Positions 19,032 to 28,746 of a DNA stretch of 64,000 nucleotides are shown in pieces. Every line of letters starts with the position of its first letter. Within the stretch, counting starts at the first letter, position 1. The position numbers were made by a program, and so were the translations under genes. The notes under the pieces are model-generated. The model was given only the letters and a program-made list of their open reading frames with translations. It did no database searches and was not told the origin of the DNA. Source of the DNA: Candidatus Versatilivorator sp. (GTDB lineage: Bacteria > Acidobacteriota > Terriglobia > Versatilivoradales > Versatilivoraceae); the NCBI GenBank assembly GCA_965207735.1, contig OZ242296.1, positions 2,144,001 to 2,208,000 on the forward strand. Direction: 5' to 3'.

Positions 19032-19628
19032 TTCTTGTGTCCTCCTGGACGTTAAAGGGTTTGTGAGCGTCGCCGCTCACCCAAGACAGGCGGCGACGGC
19101 CAAGCCCGGCGACGGGAGGTCGAAGCCAAGCCCAGTGCAGGGCCGCGCAGACAGCCGGCATGGGCAAGTCAATGCCAAACGACCCGAAGGGTGAGCGTCA
19201 GCGTTCTGGCAGCCGGCTTGCGCCGGCCTGCCGACCCAAGCGCCAAGCCAGCGGCAGGAGGCAACCAAGGACCCAAGAGGAAGGATGGTACGGGTAGGCA
19301 CGTTTGTTTGGGAGGCTGCAGGCGGCGCAGTCACCACAGGAGGAGACGTGAGGAGAGTGGAGATTTCGGCGCCAGGGATCAAACGGGAGCGTTGGTGGGA
19401 AGCCAGGAGAAGGATCGGAGAGAAACGCCGAGGATGAGCAGGCTGCGTGAAACCGCGGCGCCCCCGTCGCAGCGTTTCCTGCAGATTACCGGAAAAGCCC
19501 TCCAGGTAGCAGAAGGACCCGGGGGCGGTACGGATTGCCCTTCCATCAGGAATCCTCTTTCATGCCTCACCGCGTTCCAGCATCGGCGTAACCGTCGCAA
19601 CCGCTCATTCCACCTCAAAGGCCGACTG

Positions 19629-20861
19629 CTAAGTGACAGTATTCACCTGAATACCTCGGCTGATGGTGTCTCCTCCGGCAGACTTGAGTTGGTCCAGGTA
19701 ATCGGCCCACGCTTGCATCATCTTTCGACGTTCCGGCAAGTGAGCCGTTCGGTTGTAGGCCCGCCCGAGAGGATCACGCACCACATGTGCCAATTGGTGT
19801 TCGATGTAGTCGGGTCTAAAGCCCAACACTTCATCTAGGAGGGTTCTTGCCATGGCTCGAAAGCCATGCCCGCTCATTTCTTCCTTGCCGATATCCAGGC
19901 GACGCAGTGCGGCAAGAACGGCATTCTCGCTCATTGGACGATCTCCCCTTGGCGTGCGACCGCTCGGGAAGACAAAGCGTCCGTGTCCGGTCAGCGGGTA
20001 GAGTTCACGCAGAACCTCCACCGCCTGGCGGGATAAGGGCACGAGATGCGAGGTCTCAGTCTTGGTGACGGTAAAACGCCATTCGGCCGCTTCCAGGTCG
20101 ATATCGGACCATTCGGCTCTGCGTAGCTCGCCAGGCCGGACGAAAACCAATGGAGCCAGCCTGAGGGCACAGCGCACAATCAGTGACCCTTCGTAGCCGT
20201 CCAGCACTCTCAGCAAGGGACCAACCTTCTTGGGATCGGTGAGTGCAGCAAAGTGCTTTTTCTTTACGGGGGACAATGCGCCGCGCAAGTCTGCTGACAG
20301 GTCTCGCTCGGCGCGCCCCGTCGCCACGGCGTAGCGGAACACCTGTCCACAGTTCTGAAGGACCCGATGAGCGGTTTCCAGGACCCCGCGTTGTTCGATA
20401 CGGCGCACGACCTCCAACAACTGGGACGCGTTGATGTCGGCAATCGGATTGCCTCCCAACCAGGGGAAGATGTTTCTCTGAAGCCGACTCATAATCAGGC
20501 TGGAATGACTGGTTGCCCAGATCGGAGCCTGCTTGGTAAACCACTCGCGAGCTACGGCTTCAAAGGTGTTCGAGTCACGTTGCGCTTTAGCGGCCTTCTG
20601 GGCTTGGCGGTGTGCGCTTGGATCGACTCCCCCGGCCAATAGCCGTCGGGCATCTTCGCAGCGCCGCCGGGCTTCTTTGAGTGAAACGTCAGGATAGACT
20701 CCGAGAGAGATCCGTTTGTCCTTGCCTTCGAAGCGGTATTTTACTCGCCACCACTTGCCTCCTCGGGGTGAAACTTCAAGATATAGTCCACGCCCGTCGA
20801 ACATCTTTCTGGACTTCTTGCTTAGCTGAGCACGACGAATTGCAACATCGGTTAGGGGCAT
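19629..20861 (-). CDS. P4-like tyrosine integrase with arm-binding domain
   Basis: N-terminal DGRGLYLEV...LGVYPDVSL; catalytic R (VRPGE), HGFR, HQLAH, AYNR. Confidence 0.95.
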   Translation of the reverse strand: MPLTDVAIRRAQLSKKSRKMFDGRGLYLEVSPRGGKWWRVKYRFEGKDKRISLGVYPDVSLKEARRRCEDARRLLAGGVDPSAHRQAQKAAKAQRDSNTFEAVAREWFTKQAPIWATSHSSLIMSRLQRNIFPWLGGNPIADINASQLLEVVRRIEQRGVLETAHRVLQNCGQVFRYAVATGRAERDLSADLRGALSPVKKKHFAALTDPKKVGPLLRVLDGYEGSLIVRCALRLAPLVFVRPGELRRAEWSDIDLEAAEWRFTVTKTETSHLVPLSRQAVEVLRELYPLTGHGRFVFPSGRTPRGDRPMSENAVLAALRRLDIGKEEMSGHGFRAMARTLLDEVLGFRPDYIEHQLAHVVRDPLGRAYNRTAHLPERRKMMQAWADYLDQLKSAGGDTISRGIQVNTVT

Positions 20862-21025
20862 TTGGGGGCAACTCCTTTCAACGCCTTCTAATATACCCCA
20901 AATGTTGCCCCATTTTTCCCTCGGTTGTTAAGGGATATTATAAAACGAGGATAGACTATAAAATTTTTAAGTCTTTAACTAATAGTAATTTACTGGATAT
21001 TATTGGACGGCTTTGGAAGGATGTT

Positions 21026-21115
21026 TGGCGGAGGCGGTAGGATTCGAACCCACGGTACCCGTCAAGGTACAACGGTTTTCAAGACCGCCGCAATCGACCA
21101 CTCTGCCACGCCTCC
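21026..21115 (-). tRNA. tRNA-Ser(TGA)
   Basis: GGAGGCGTGGCAGAGTGGTCGATTGCGGCGGTCTTGAAAACCGTTGTACCTTGACGGGTACCGTGGGTTCGAATCCTACCGCCTCCGCCA; long variable arm, encoded CCA. Confidence 0.97.
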
Positions 21116-21257
21116 ACGATCGCACACCATTTTAGCCCGCATTTCCCGGCGGGGCGCCGGAAATATCCGCAAGGATCGTTGACCGTCAGGAGCTTACAGG
21201 ACCGGATTGGAAGGCTTGGGAGGAGCGGCGGGAGAATGGAGGATTGTGCGGGCGAGG

Positions 21258-22289
21258 CTACTGGCTGTCCAGGAGCTTCTCGGCCAGCACGTTTCTGATT
21301 TGGGCTTCGTTGCGGATGACTTCCAGGAAGGCCGTTTTCAGCAGGGTTTCCTTGCGGTTGAAGATGGTCTGGCGAACATCCGCCTGGACCTGCGGTTCGC
21401 TCAGTTCATGCTGGCCGCCGCGTTCCTTGGCCAGGAGCTTGACCAGGTGGTAGCCGTAGCCGATGCGGATGGGCCGGGGAAAGACCTGCTCCACCTTGAG
21501 GTTCTGGACCGTTTTCTTGAGCTCGGGGCTGACGGTCTCCATTTGCTGCTCGGTGACGAATCCCAGGTCCCCGCCCCGCGGGGCGGACTCGGCGTCCTCG
21601 GAGTACTCCACCGCCAAGCGGGCGAAATCCTCTCCGTTCAGCAGGCGCCGCATCAGAATCTGAGCCTTTTTTCTGGCCTCGGCGGGAGTGGAGGCGTCGT
21701 CGCCGCGGGAATTGTTGATCCCGGACTCCTTGGTGTCCGTAATCAGAATATGGGCGAGACGCCAACCCTTGGGCAGGTTGTAGTTGGACTTGTTCTCTTC
21801 GAAGTGCTGCTCGATCTCGGCTTCGGTCACCGATATCTTGGAAGTGATTTCCTTGTTATAGAGCTTCTCGATGGTGGCAGCCTTGCGCAGGGTCTGCTTG
21901 AACTCCTCCTCGCTGACCCCCTGCTCCTTGAGGAATTCCTGAAACTTCTCCTCGGTGTAGTTCTTCTTGAAGTCGGTGAACCGGGTGCTGACCTCGGCGT
22001 CGCCGGCGGTCAGATTGTCGGCGGCAGCCCACTGCATGAGGATTTCATCGTTGATGAGCTGGCTCAGGATGCTGAGCTTGAAGGTGGAAGCCTCCTCGGG
22101 AGACGGGGCTCGGGGGCTCTGCCGTAGTTGGGCGTCGAAGCGCTTGTCGACCTCGGAGATCTTGATTTCCGCTTGATTGACAATGGCCGCGGTATCGGAA
22201 CTCACCTTGGGTCCCGAGCTGCAGCCCCCTGCAATCAGGAGAAGCACCGCCAGAACCGACGCGCCGTTTCGCTTGCAGGAAAATATCAT
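21258..22289 (-). CDS. SurA/PrsA-like parvulin peptidyl-prolyl isomerase (lipoprotein)
   Basis: Lipobox-like IAGGC; SurA N-domain; LAHILI...FARLAVEYSED...GGDLGF...GYHLVK. Start moved to ATG 22289. Confidence 0.88.
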   Translation of the reverse strand: MIFSCKRNGASVLAVLLLIAGGCSSGPKVSSDTAAIVNQAEIKISEVDKRFDAQLRQSPRAPSPEEASTFKLSILSQLINDEILMQWAAADNLTAGDAEVSTRFTDFKKNYTEEKFQEFLKEQGVSEEEFKQTLRKAATIEKLYNKEITSKISVTEAEIEQHFEENKSNYNLPKGWRLAHILITDTKESGINNSRGDDASTPAEARKKAQILMRRLLNGEDFARLAVEYSEDAESAPRGGDLGFVTEQQMETVSPELKKTVQNLKVEQVFPRPIRIGYGYHLVKLLAKERGGQHELSEPQVQADVRQTIFNRKETLLKTAFLEVIRNEAQIRNVLAEKLLDSQ

Positions 22290-22499
22290 GGGAACTCGAT
22301 CCGGGCGGAATGACACGGCTTCACCCGCGCGGCTCACCGGAGGCTGAAGGCAAGCCCGTTTCCGTCCATACCCGAAGACCGGCCGCACAACGGGGAGCAT
22401 CTCAACTAGCCTAGCACCCCCTCCAGCCAGTGACAACACTGTTCTTTGCTGCTCTCCTCGGCCATAATTGGTGGCTGATCCGGCAGGAAGGATCGGGCC

Positions 22500-23396
22500 T
22501 TGCATCTCCTATCGATCATTCCCGGCGCCATCGGCGACTTCGTTCTGACGCTGCCCGCGGTGGCTTGGCTGCAGTCCCACTTCCACCCGGACCGGCTGGA
22601 ACTGTGGGTGCCCCGGGGCAATCTTTCGCTGGCCCGATCGCTCGGCTACGTCGACGCCGCCGAGGCACTGCAGGACACCGGCATCGAGAGCTATCCGCCC
22701 GGGCAGGGGGGCCTGAGGCGCATGCAGACCTTCGACAGGATCGTCTCCTGGTGGGGGAGCGGCAATCCGGAATTGGTGGGCCGCGTCCGGGCAATCCACC
22801 CCCGGGTCGACTTTCTTCGGGCGCTGCCCCGGGAGTCCGGCCTCCACATGATCGAGTTCAGGCGGGCTCAACTGAACCGGACCTTTGGCTCCACCCCGGG
22901 GTTTTCTCCCACTCCTCGAATCCACTGGACCGAGGATGTGGACCGATTTGCCGAGAGTTTTTGGGCCACGCGCCCGGGAGACCCCAGAGTCGCGATCCAT
23001 CCGGGTGCCAGCGGTGCACGCAAGCGATGGCCGGCCCAGCACTTCGCCGGGGTGCTGCGCAGCCTGTCCCGCGATCCCAACTGCCGCCTCCTGCTGTTGG
23101 AAGGACCGCTGGACGGTGAGGCGGTGAAGGAGGTTCGGCACGGACTGGCCGAGGACTCGGCCCGCTGGGAGACGGTGCGCATCGAGAACCTGGGCCGGCT
23201 GGCAGCCGTCCTGAGCCGCTGCCGGCTCTACATCGGCAACGACAGCGGGATCACCCACCTGGCGGCAACCCTGGGAGTCCGCACCATCGCCCTGTTTCTG
23301 GAAACCGACCCCCGGGTCTGGGCTCCCCGGGGCCCTCGAGTTCAACTTCTGTGCCGGCCCAATGTCGAGCAGGTGCTTTCCATCATCCGGTCTTGA
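22500..23396 (+). CDS. glycosyltransferase family 9 (heptosyltransferase-like)
   Basis: GAIGDFVLTLP, IHPGASGARKRWP, YIGNDSGITHLAA. Confidence 0.9.
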   Translation: MHLLSIIPGAIGDFVLTLPAVAWLQSHFHPDRLELWVPRGNLSLARSLGYVDAAEALQDTGIESYPPGQGGLRRMQTFDRIVSWWGSGNPELVGRVRAIHPRVDFLRALPRESGLHMIEFRRAQLNRTFGSTPGFSPTPRIHWTEDVDRFAESFWATRPGDPRVAIHPGASGARKRWPAQHFAGVLRSLSRDPNCRLLLLEGPLDGEAVKEVRHGLAEDSARWETVRIENLGRLAAVLSRCRLYIGNDSGITHLAATLGVRTIALFLETDPRVWAPRGPRVQLLCRPNVEQVLSIIRS

Positions 23397-23412
23397 GCCC
23401 GCGAGGACCATC

Positions 23413-24702
23413 GTGTCCCAACCTCCCGCATCCGGCCGTCTCCCACCCCTGGCAGTGATCGCCGACGATCTGACCGGCTCCTGCGACACCGCCGCCCAGT
23501 TTTGCCGGTACGGCATGCGGGTGGCCATGACCGGCGCCGCCGCCCCGGAACTTGACCTGGACCTCGATCTGCTGGTGGTCAATACGGCTTCGCGAGGGCT
23601 GCCCGTCGAAGGGGCTCGACAAGTGTCCGCCCGCTCGGCCAGGTCGCTGCTGAATTCCGGCTGCCGTCCGGTCTACAAGAAGATCGACTCGACCCTCAAG
23701 GGCCCCTGGTGCCAGGAGTTGGCCGCGGTCATGGCAGTGGTGCGGCCCGATTTCGCCATTGTGGCGCCCGCCTTCCCGGCCTGGGGAAGGACCAGCCGGG
23801 ACGGAAAGCTGCTGATGGACGGCCGGCCCATGCCGCCGAGGCCCGACCGGGGCACCGGGGCTTCAGGCATCGACCGCGCGGACCTCCTGGGCCGGCTGCG
23901 GGCCGAGTTCGGCTCCCAGGCCGAGCTGCTGCCCCGTGACCTGCTGCGCCGCGCGCCGGCCGTCATCGAAAAGCACATCCGGACCGCCTTCCACAAGGGC
24001 CATCGGGTGCTCTTGTTCGATATCGAATCCGAGGGCGACCTGGAGCGGCTGACCCTGACGGGTCGCCGACTGGACGAAGCCGTCTTGTGGGTGGGATCGG
24101 CCGGACTGGCCCGGTTTCTTCCCCTGGTCTGGGGGCGCTCGCCCTCCCGAGCAGACCTGTCCGGCCCCGAAGCCCAAGAACCGGTGCTGCTGATATGCGG
24201 GAGCCTCAACCCGGTCAACAAGCCCCAATTGGAACAGCTCGGCCAGCGGAGCCTGGCTGCCGTCATCACCCTTTGGGACGAGGACACCGAATCCTTGACC
24301 CGCACGGAAAGCAAGCTGAAGCCGGCCTTGGAGGCACTGGCCCAAAAACAATCGGTGGCCTTGAGCCTGCGCCTGGAACAGCGAATTCGCTCCCGTAGCC
24401 ACCTGCAGCGGCTGCAGCAGGCGCTGCAATGGGCCGCCGGCCGGCTGATCGAAACCGGGGCGCCGGAAGCAGCCATCCTGGTGGGAGGGGATACGGCTCT
24501 GAAGGTCTACGAGCAGTGCGGCGCCCGGGGCATCCGCATTCTGGGAGATGTGCAACCGGGCATCCCCTGGGGCCGATGGATCGGAGGCCGGATGGATGGA
24601 CTGCCTCTGGTCACCAAGGCCGGAGGCTTCGGGAACCCGGACACGCTCTGCGACATCGCTCATTTCCTGACCGGGCGCTCTCCCGCGGAGGATGTGCTAT
24701 GA
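23413..24702 (+). CDS. four-carbon acid sugar kinase (DUF1537, DtnK/OtnK family)
   Basis: IADDLTGSCD, YKKIDSTLKG, APAFP, GGDTA, VTKAGGFG; GAGGA RBS before GTG 23413. Confidence 0.9.
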   Translation: MSQPPASGRLPPLAVIADDLTGSCDTAAQFCRYGMRVAMTGAAAPELDLDLDLLVVNTASRGLPVEGARQVSARSARSLLNSGCRPVYKKIDSTLKGPWCQELAAVMAVVRPDFAIVAPAFPAWGRTSRDGKLLMDGRPMPPRPDRGTGASGIDRADLLGRLRAEFGSQAELLPRDLLRRAPAVIEKHIRTAFHKGHRVLLFDIESEGDLERLTLTGRRLDEAVLWVGSAGLARFLPLVWGRSPSRADLSGPEAQEPVLLICGSLNPVNKPQLEQLGQRSLAAVITLWDEDTESLTRTESKLKPALEALAQKQSVALSLRLEQRIRSRSHLQRLQQALQWAAGRLIETGAPEAAILVGGDTALKVYEQCGARGIRILGDVQPGIPWGRWIGGRMDGLPLVTKAGGFGNPDTLCDIAHFLTGRSPAEDVL

Positions 24703-24748
24703 TCCTCGACCCTACCGCCAGCTACACCGGCAGCGGCGGCCTTTCTCC

Positions 24749-25810
24749 ATGCCCATGAACCGGAAACCCCGTATCGGCATCACCCTGGGCGACGTGGCCG
24801 GCATCGGCCCAGAGGTGGCCCTCAAGGCACTGCTGGACCCGGCCGTGGAGCAGCAGTGCGTCCCTGTCATCATCGGGGAAGAGACCACCGTAGCCCACTA
24901 CGCCGCGCGGCTGCTTCCCGAGCGGCGGCTTCATCCGGTGGCGGAAGCGGGGGCGGCTGCTCCCGATCCCACCAGCATCCACCTGCTGGACCTCGAGAAC
25001 ATCCGCTTTCCCGAGGTGGAGCTGGGACGGGTCAGCCGGGAGTGCGGCAGAGCCAGCCTGGAATTCATTCGGGCGGGAGTGTCCGGCTGCCTGGACAAGA
25101 GGCTGGATGCCCTGGTGACCGGCCCCATTCACAAGGAAGCGGCCCAGTTGGCGGGTATCGGCGTTCCGGGACACACCGAGTATCTGGCCGCCCTTTGCAG
25201 GGTGGCCGAAGTGCGCATGCTGCTGGTGGTGGACCACCTCCGGGCCATCCACGTCACCACCCACCTGGCGCTGCGCCAGGCCCTGGAAAGGATCCGGACG
25301 CCTCGCATCCTGGAAACCATCCGGTTCGGCCGCCTGGCCCTGAAGCAACTGGGCATAGGGCGCAGCCGCATCGCCGTGGCCGGACTCAATCCCCACGCCA
25401 GCGAAGGGGGCCTGTTCGGCACCGAGGAAGCCGACGAGATCCTGCCCGCCATCGAAGCGGCCCGGAACGAGGGGCTCGAGGCTGAAGGACCCATTCCCCC
25501 CGACACCGTTTTCCACCGCATGAATCGTGGCGAGTTCGACCTGGTGGTGGCCCTCTACCACGACCAGGGCCACATCCCCTTGAAGCTGATGGGTTTCGAC
25601 AGCGGCGTCAATATCACCATCGGCCTGCCCATCGTCCGCACCTCGGTGGACCACGGCACCGCCTTCGACATCGCCGGTCAGCTCAAGGCCAACCCGGCCA
25701 GCATGGTCAAGGCCATCCACCTGGCCTGCACCATGGCGGGACACACTCAGCCCTTCTTCCCCATGCAGCCGTCAATGGACCAGTCGCCGCCGCCCTTGGC
25801 CGCCAGGTAG
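24749..25810 (+). CDS. pdxA: 4-hydroxythreonine-4-phosphate / D-threonate-4-phosphate dehydrogenase (PdxA2 type)
   Basis: GDVAGIGPE, GHTEYL, GLNPHA, YHDQGHIP, RTSVDHGTAFDIAG; adjacent to the DUF1537 kinase. Confidence 0.93.
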   Translation: MPMNRKPRIGITLGDVAGIGPEVALKALLDPAVEQQCVPVIIGEETTVAHYAARLLPERRLHPVAEAGAAAPDPTSIHLLDLENIRFPEVELGRVSRECGRASLEFIRAGVSGCLDKRLDALVTGPIHKEAAQLAGIGVPGHTEYLAALCRVAEVRMLLVVDHLRAIHVTTHLALRQALERIRTPRILETIRFGRLALKQLGIGRSRIAVAGLNPHASEGGLFGTEEADEILPAIEAARNEGLEAEGPIPPDTVFHRMNRGEFDLVVALYHDQGHIPLKLMGFDSGVNITIGLPIVRTSVDHGTAFDIAGQLKANPASMVKAIHLACTMAGHTQPFFPMQPSMDQSPPPLAAR

Positions 25811-26142
25811 AGGAAGACGAAGCAGTAGAGGGCGGCCAGCTCTCCCTGGTTGAGAATCGGCCAGAAGGCCTTGGTGCCGTGGGCCAGCCAATAGGCGGCT
25901 GCCATCAGGCCGGACAGCACGAAGGCCACCGGGCGGGTGTAAAAGCCCAGCAGAATCGCCAGCCCTCCAAAGAATTCCAACACCCCGGCAACCCCCGGAA
26001 GCGAGGCCAGAGGCACGGCCTCCCGTCCCAGGGCTCCGAAGAGCTTCTGCGCCCCGTGCGGCATCATCAGAAATCCGGTCATGATGCGCAGGGCATTGAG
26101 AGTGATCTCGTTACAATCCTTGCCGGCAAATGTTCGAACCAT
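25747..26142 (-). CDS. DoxX family membrane protein
   Basis: GGAGG RBS; LRIMTGFLMMPHGAQKLFG, LEFFGG, NQGELAALYCF, GGGDWSID. Confidence 0.88.
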   Translation of the reverse strand: MVRTFAGKDCNEITLNALRIMTGFLMMPHGAQKLFGALGREAVPLASLPGVAGVLEFFGGLAILLGFYTRPVAFVLSGLMAAAYWLAHGTKAFWPILNQGELAALYCFVFLYLAAKGGGDWSIDGCMGKKG

Positions 26143-26191
26143 GGTTTTCCTCCTCAGGATTGACCAACCAAAACTTCCAAAAAAAACTCTT

Positions 26192-26350
26192 CTATCACTC
26201 CCCCCTTGAGGGGGAGTCGCAGAAGCCGAGCCGAATGGCGAAGGCTGATGCGGTGGGGGGCAGACGCGGCGTCCCGTTGGCGAAGCCCGCAGTCGAGCCG
26301 GTGGGGGGGCCGACGCGGCGTCCCGTTGGCGAAGCCCGCAGTCGAGCCGG
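26192..26350. repeat. REP-like family A element (half unit) plus a short tandem duplication
   Basis: TATCACTCCCCCCTTGAGGGGGAGTCGCAGAAGCCGAGCCGAATGGCGAAGGCTGATGCGGTGGGGGG, followed by two copies of GACGCGGCGTCCCGTTGGCGAAGCCCGCAGTCGAGCCGG. Confidence 0.85.
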
Positions 26351-26399
26351 GGCGGGGCAACTCCGGCGGAACTGGCTGGAACCGCCGGCGCCTTCCGCC

Positions 26400-27374
26400 C
26401 TAACCCTTTCGCTTCAGAACTTCCCGGTTCACCAGGTAGGTCGGGACCTCGCCCCGGAGCACCTGAACCACCTGGCGAGCGGCTTTCTCGCGGACCTCCA
26501 CGTAGGCCTCCTCGGTGTAGGAGGCATAGTGCGGGGTGAGTACCACGTTGTCCAGACCCAGGATCGGATCCCGCGGGTCGGGTGGCTCCTTTTCCAGGAC
26601 GTCCAGGCCCGCTCCGGCGATCCACCCCTCCTGCAGAGCCCGGGTCAGGGCTTTCTGATCCACTACCGGTCCCCGAGAGGTGTTGACCAGGTAGGCGGTG
26701 GGCTTCATCAGGCGCAACTGAGGTTCCCCGATCATATGACGGGTCTCCGCGCTCAGCGGCACGTGTATGGACAGCACGTCCGACCGGGCCAGCAACTCCT
26801 CCAGTCCCACCAGTTCCACCGGCTGGCCGGCCAGATTGTCGGGCTGAACATAGGGATCGTGAGCCAGGACGCGGAAGCCGAACGGCGCGGCCTTCCTGGC
26901 CACTGACCGGGCGATGCGGCCGAAGGCCAGCAGCCCCAACGTCTGTCCGCGGGCCTTGTAAACGGGCATGGCCAGCTTGCGGTTGTAGACGCCCCGGGAA
27001 ACCAGGGAGTGCATCCTGACCACCTTGCGAGTCACCGCCAGGATCAGGCTCATGGCCGTATCCGACACCTCGTCATAGCAGAAATCGGGCACATTGGTGA
27101 CAAGGATCCCGTGATCGGTGGCTGCTTCCAGATCCACCGTGTCCACTCCGATGCCGTAGCGGGCGATCACTCTGGTCCGACTCCAGGAGGCAATGACCCG
27201 CCGGGTGATCGGGCTGAGGGAGACCAGCAAGGCGTGGGCGTCCGGGGTGGCCCGGATGACGTCCTCTTCGCCGTGGCAGTCGGCCGTAACGAGCTCGGCG
27301 CCGGCTTCGGCCAGAATCTCCTTCTCCACGGTGGGAACCATTCGCACTGAATCGACCGCTACAACCTTGAACAT
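26400..27374 (-). CDS. D-isomer-specific 2-hydroxyacid dehydrogenase (CtBP/SerA-like)
   Basis: RYGIGVDTVD, LAFGRIA, VNTSRG, LDVLEKEP, LTPHYA. Confidence 0.9.
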   Translation of the reverse strand: MFKVVAVDSVRMVPTVEKEILAEAGAELVTADCHGEEDVIRATPDAHALLVSLSPITRRVIASWSRTRVIARYGIGVDTVDLEAATDHGILVTNVPDFCYDEVSDTAMSLILAVTRKVVRMHSLVSRGVYNRKLAMPVYKARGQTLGLLAFGRIARSVARKAAPFGFRVLAHDPYVQPDNLAGQPVELVGLEELLARSDVLSIHVPLSAETRHMIGEPQLRLMKPTAYLVNTSRGPVVDQKALTRALQEGWIAGAGLDVLEKEPPDPRDPILGLDNVVLTPHYASYTEEAYVEVREKAARQVVQVLRGEVPTYLVNREVLKRKG

Positions 27375-27489
27375 GATCCCTCCCTCTTCTCTCCTCGCCG
27401 GGGGTCGGTCTCGACGCGACGCCGGAGCAACGTCCGACAAGGGGAAACCCCGCAACGGGGGGCTGTCCGCCCCCCGCCGGCCCGGCGGT

Positions 27490-28746
27490 TCAGAGCAGGT
27501 TCTTCAGATTGCCCCGCCCGTCGAAATCCAGTTCTCCCAGGTTCTCCAGGACCTGAAGATCCCGGTGGCGCTCCACTTCGTCCAGCAGGGCCTCGGAGGC
27601 CACCAAGCGGTCCAGCTTCAGGGTATTGCGGATCCAGACCATGCGGCAGTCTTCTCCGCTGGTGGCGCCGCTGGTGGAGATGGCCGTCTCCAGCGCCTCG
27701 CGATCGGAATCCACCGTCACCGGAATGCGGACGCTCTCCAGGTTGGTGCTGGTGAGGGCATTCACGTAGGTGGGTCGGGTGTCGATCTTGTCCACCAGGC
27801 GGCGGGTCACCACGTCGGCCATCCCCACCCCGATGGCGTTGCCGTAGGACTCCGGGGTCAGGTCCCGCACCACGATGCGGGAGAAGCGGGGAGCCCCGGC
27901 GAAGGGCTCGCCCGCGCCGGCGCGCCTGCCGATGACGTTGGTATCCATGCCGGTCCCGCTGACGTTTTTCCCCATCTCATCCACCAGCAGCAGGTCCCCG
28001 CGGTCGAAGGGAATGCGGGCCAGCCAGGACTTGGCTACTTTCAGCAGCCGCTTTTCGACGTCGAACAGCTCGGCCGAGGTCATCGCCTCGATCATCCCCG
28101 TCTGGTCGTAGCCGTTCTCCACGATGCCCAATGCCAGCAGGATGCTGCAGCGCCGCCTGACCACCTCGGCCACTCCGGTCAGCACCCGATAGTAACCATA
28201 GCGCTTGTTGGCGCGGTGATAGCGGATGGCGCCCTGGTGCTTCCCCAGGCCGATGGCCAGCATCTTGGTGAGGCCGCTCTCGATCTCGGCGTCGAAGTCG
28301 GTGTGGGGCTTGATGCGGTTGACCACGGCGATGTGGTCGGCTTCCAGGACGTTCCTGTCCAGCACCACCGGGATCCCCTCAGGGGTCTCTCCAATGGGAA
28401 GCGTCTCCATGGTGGCCCGGATGGGCACGCCCATGGCGGCCTCGGTGATGCCGTAGCGCTCCAGCACGCCGCGTTGCCCGGCGGCCGTTCCGCCCCCGTG
28501 ACTTCCCATGGCGGGAACGATGAAGGGCCGCGCCCCCCGCTTTTTAAGCTCCTCCGCCAGGCTGCGGGTGATGGCGGCGATGTTGGCCACGCCCCGGCTT
28601 CCGGATGTGATGGCGACGCTGTCCCCCGGTTTCAAGCGGCCGCTCAGGTCGAGCCGGGCGACTTCCCGGGCCACTCCTGCCGGAATGTCCTCCACCCGGG
28701 TCGAGTGGAAACGCTGCCTGACCCGAAACACCCTGGGGAATGCCAT
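27490..28746 (-). CDS. lactate racemase (LarA)/DUF2088-domain protein
   Basis: GSRGVANI, VPAMGSHGGGTAAGQ, NRIKPHTDF, ESGLTKMLAIGLGK, GKNVSGTGMDTNVIGR. Confidence 0.75.
   Translation of the reverse strand: MAFPRVFRVRQRFHSTRVEDIPAGVAREVARLDLSGRLKPGDSVAITSGSRGVANIAAITRSLAEELKKRGARPFIVPAMGSHGGGTAAGQRGVLERYGITEAAMGVPIRATMETLPIGETPEGIPVVLDRNVLEADHIAVVNRIKPHTDFDAEIESGLTKMLAIGLGKHQGAIRYHRANKRYGYYRVLTGVAEVVRRRCSILLALGIVENGYDQTGMIEAMTSAELFDVEKRLLKVAKSWLARIPFDRGDLLLVDEMGKNVSGTGMDTNVIGRRAGAGEPFAGAPRFSRIVVRDLTPESYGNAIGVGMADVVTRRLVDKIDTRPTYVNALTSTNLESVRIPVTVDSDREALETAISTSGATSGEDCRMVWIRNTLKLDRLVASEALLDEVERHRDLQVLENLGELDFDGRGNLKNLL

Larger units (their letters stand above)
1..21025. mobile_element. genomic island integrated at the 3' end of tRNA-Ser; left end probably outside the window
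   Basis: P4-like integrase directly downstream of the tRNA CCA end; AT-rich att-like segment 20862-21025; accessory cargo; no second copy of the tRNA 3' end noticed in the window. Confidence 0.75.
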
